DNA from: an uncultured Chitinophagaceae bacterium
GTDB lineage: Bacteria; Bacteroidota; Bacteroidia; Chitinophagales; CAIOSU01
DNA length: 64,000 nucleotides
Direction of reading: 5' to 3'
Assembly: GCA_964518215.1 (NCBI GenBank)
Contig: CAZFFP010000005.1
Coordinates: 15,502 to 79,501, forward strand
Part shown: piece by piece, positions 63,215 through 64,000 of the stretch
How the letters are laid out: each line of letters starts with the position of its first letter
How positions within the stretch are numbered: the stretch's first letter is position 1
Position numbers and translations under genes: made by a program
The notes under the pieces: model-generated
Told to the model about the DNA's origin: nothing
What the model saw: only the letters and a program-made list of their open reading frames with translations
Databases searched by the model: none

Positions 63215-64000
63215 ATGTTTGCCACAAAGAACCAACTATATTTTAGTCTGTATTCCAAAATAAAACTTATTGAGGAAATTGGAATTATATCAAGGAACAA
63301 CAGGCTTCAACTGAAGGCGGCAATATTGATTGCTTGTCTTTCAGTTATTTTTTCGTGGGACACCGCTGCCCAGGTTAACAATTCCGAAACTTTTGACGGC
63401 ACTACTTTTCCGCCTACAGGGTGGACGAGAGAGGTAGTCAACACAGGAAACGGAACAGGAACTAATGCCTCCGTAACCCATTGGATAAGATCCACCACTG
63501 GCAGTCCGGCTTCGACACCTCAATCGGGAGCAGGCATGGCACAATATCAATCAACTGTGGTGAAAAACGGGGGAATAGTAACCTTGGTAACTCCTTTGTT
63601 CGATTTGTCGTCAAGAGGCTCTAATACGCCTACTGTTACTTTTTGGATGTATAGGGATAATGGAAACTCGACCAATGCTGATAAAATTGATGTTTTAATA
63701 AATACCTCTGCTGTTGTATCCGGTTCTACCAACATAGGAACAATCAATCGTTCTCGAAGCTTATCCCCTACTGAATCTGCTGATGGCTGGTATGAGTATT
63801 CTTTTAATATACCATCAGGTTTTAATGGAGCAAGTAATTACATTATATTTCAGGCAACCGGAGCAAGAGGTAATGATATTTTTATTGATAATGTATCGTG
63901 GATTTCTTATCCTTCTGTTGCACCCTCTGTTACTGAGCAACCTGCTTCAGCAAATCGGTGTAGTGGAGTAAGTGTTTCTTTTGATGCCAATGCATCAGGG
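63215..64000 (+). CDS. Secreted protein, 5' part only (runs off the right edge), with an N-terminal MAM/choice-of-anchor-J-like module
   Basis: Not in the track because it has no stop. ATG 63215 opens a frame that stays open for all 262 codons to 64000. It reads ..LKAAILIACLSVIFSWDTAAQ (signal), then VNNSETFDGTTFPPTGWTREVVNTG..WIRST..PQSGAGMAQYQS..VTFWMYRDNG..ADGWYEYSFNIP..NYIIFQATGARGNDIFIDNVSW. It resembles the EDFESNSFNTNGWTVQN..IYLDDIVVSG module in the 8475 protease. Confidence 0.6.
   Translation, partial: MFATKNQLYFSLYSKIKLIEEIGIISRNNRLQLKAAILIACLSVIFSWDTAAQVNNSETFDGTTFPPTGWTREVVNTGNGTGTNASVTHWIRSTTGSPASTPQSGAGMAQYQSTVVKNGGIVTLVTPLFDLSSRGSNTPTVTFWMYRDNGNSTNADKIDVLINTSAVVSGSTNIGTINRSRSLSPTESADGWYEYSFNIPSGFNGASNYIIFQATGARGNDIFIDNVSWISYPSVAPSVTEQPASANRCSGVSVSFDANASG

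Overview
This 64-kb window looks like a chromosomal segment of a Bacteroidota genome. Three things point that way. At least six proteins end in a type-A T9SS C-terminal sorting domain (FPNP.. motif). TAnnTTTG -7 promoter motifs sit upstream of the tRNAs. A GxxExxY ORF and SprB/PKD-repeat adhesins are present.

Most of the window is ordinary core metabolism and housekeeping: smc, purF, folE, queD, aceA/aceB, lpdA, accC, rluF, rluE, coaE, tRNA-Lys(UUU) and tRNA-Leu(GAG). These are interleaved with secreted T9SS cargo:
- a 1518-aa M43 protease
- a 1560-aa repeat adhesin
- a Kelch protein
- PhoD-like and purple-acid-type phosphatases
- an FG-GAP protein

A TonB-dependent receptor and two glycosyltransferase clusters are also present.

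I saw no rRNA, no CRISPR array, no intact mobile element, and no convincing multi-gene defence or other clearly novel system. The accessory content is small and mostly decaying:
- a solitary Mrr type IV restriction gene flanked by GC-rich hairpin repeats
- an IS4-like transposase relic
- an inverted-repeat (MITE-like) element
- a PIN/antitoxin pair in which both genes are frameshifted in poly-A runs
- a T9SS-cargo pseudogene
- a GxxExxY cassette with duplicated hairpin flanks splitting aceB from aceA
- an AT-rich BatD-like/vWA fusion gene bracketed by homologous terminator modules
- two tandem paralogous 96-aa ORFs of unknown family beside the tRNA pair

All homology calls rest on motifs I recognise by eye in the supplied translations. 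No database search was possible. Coordinates of hairpins and repeats were counted by hand.
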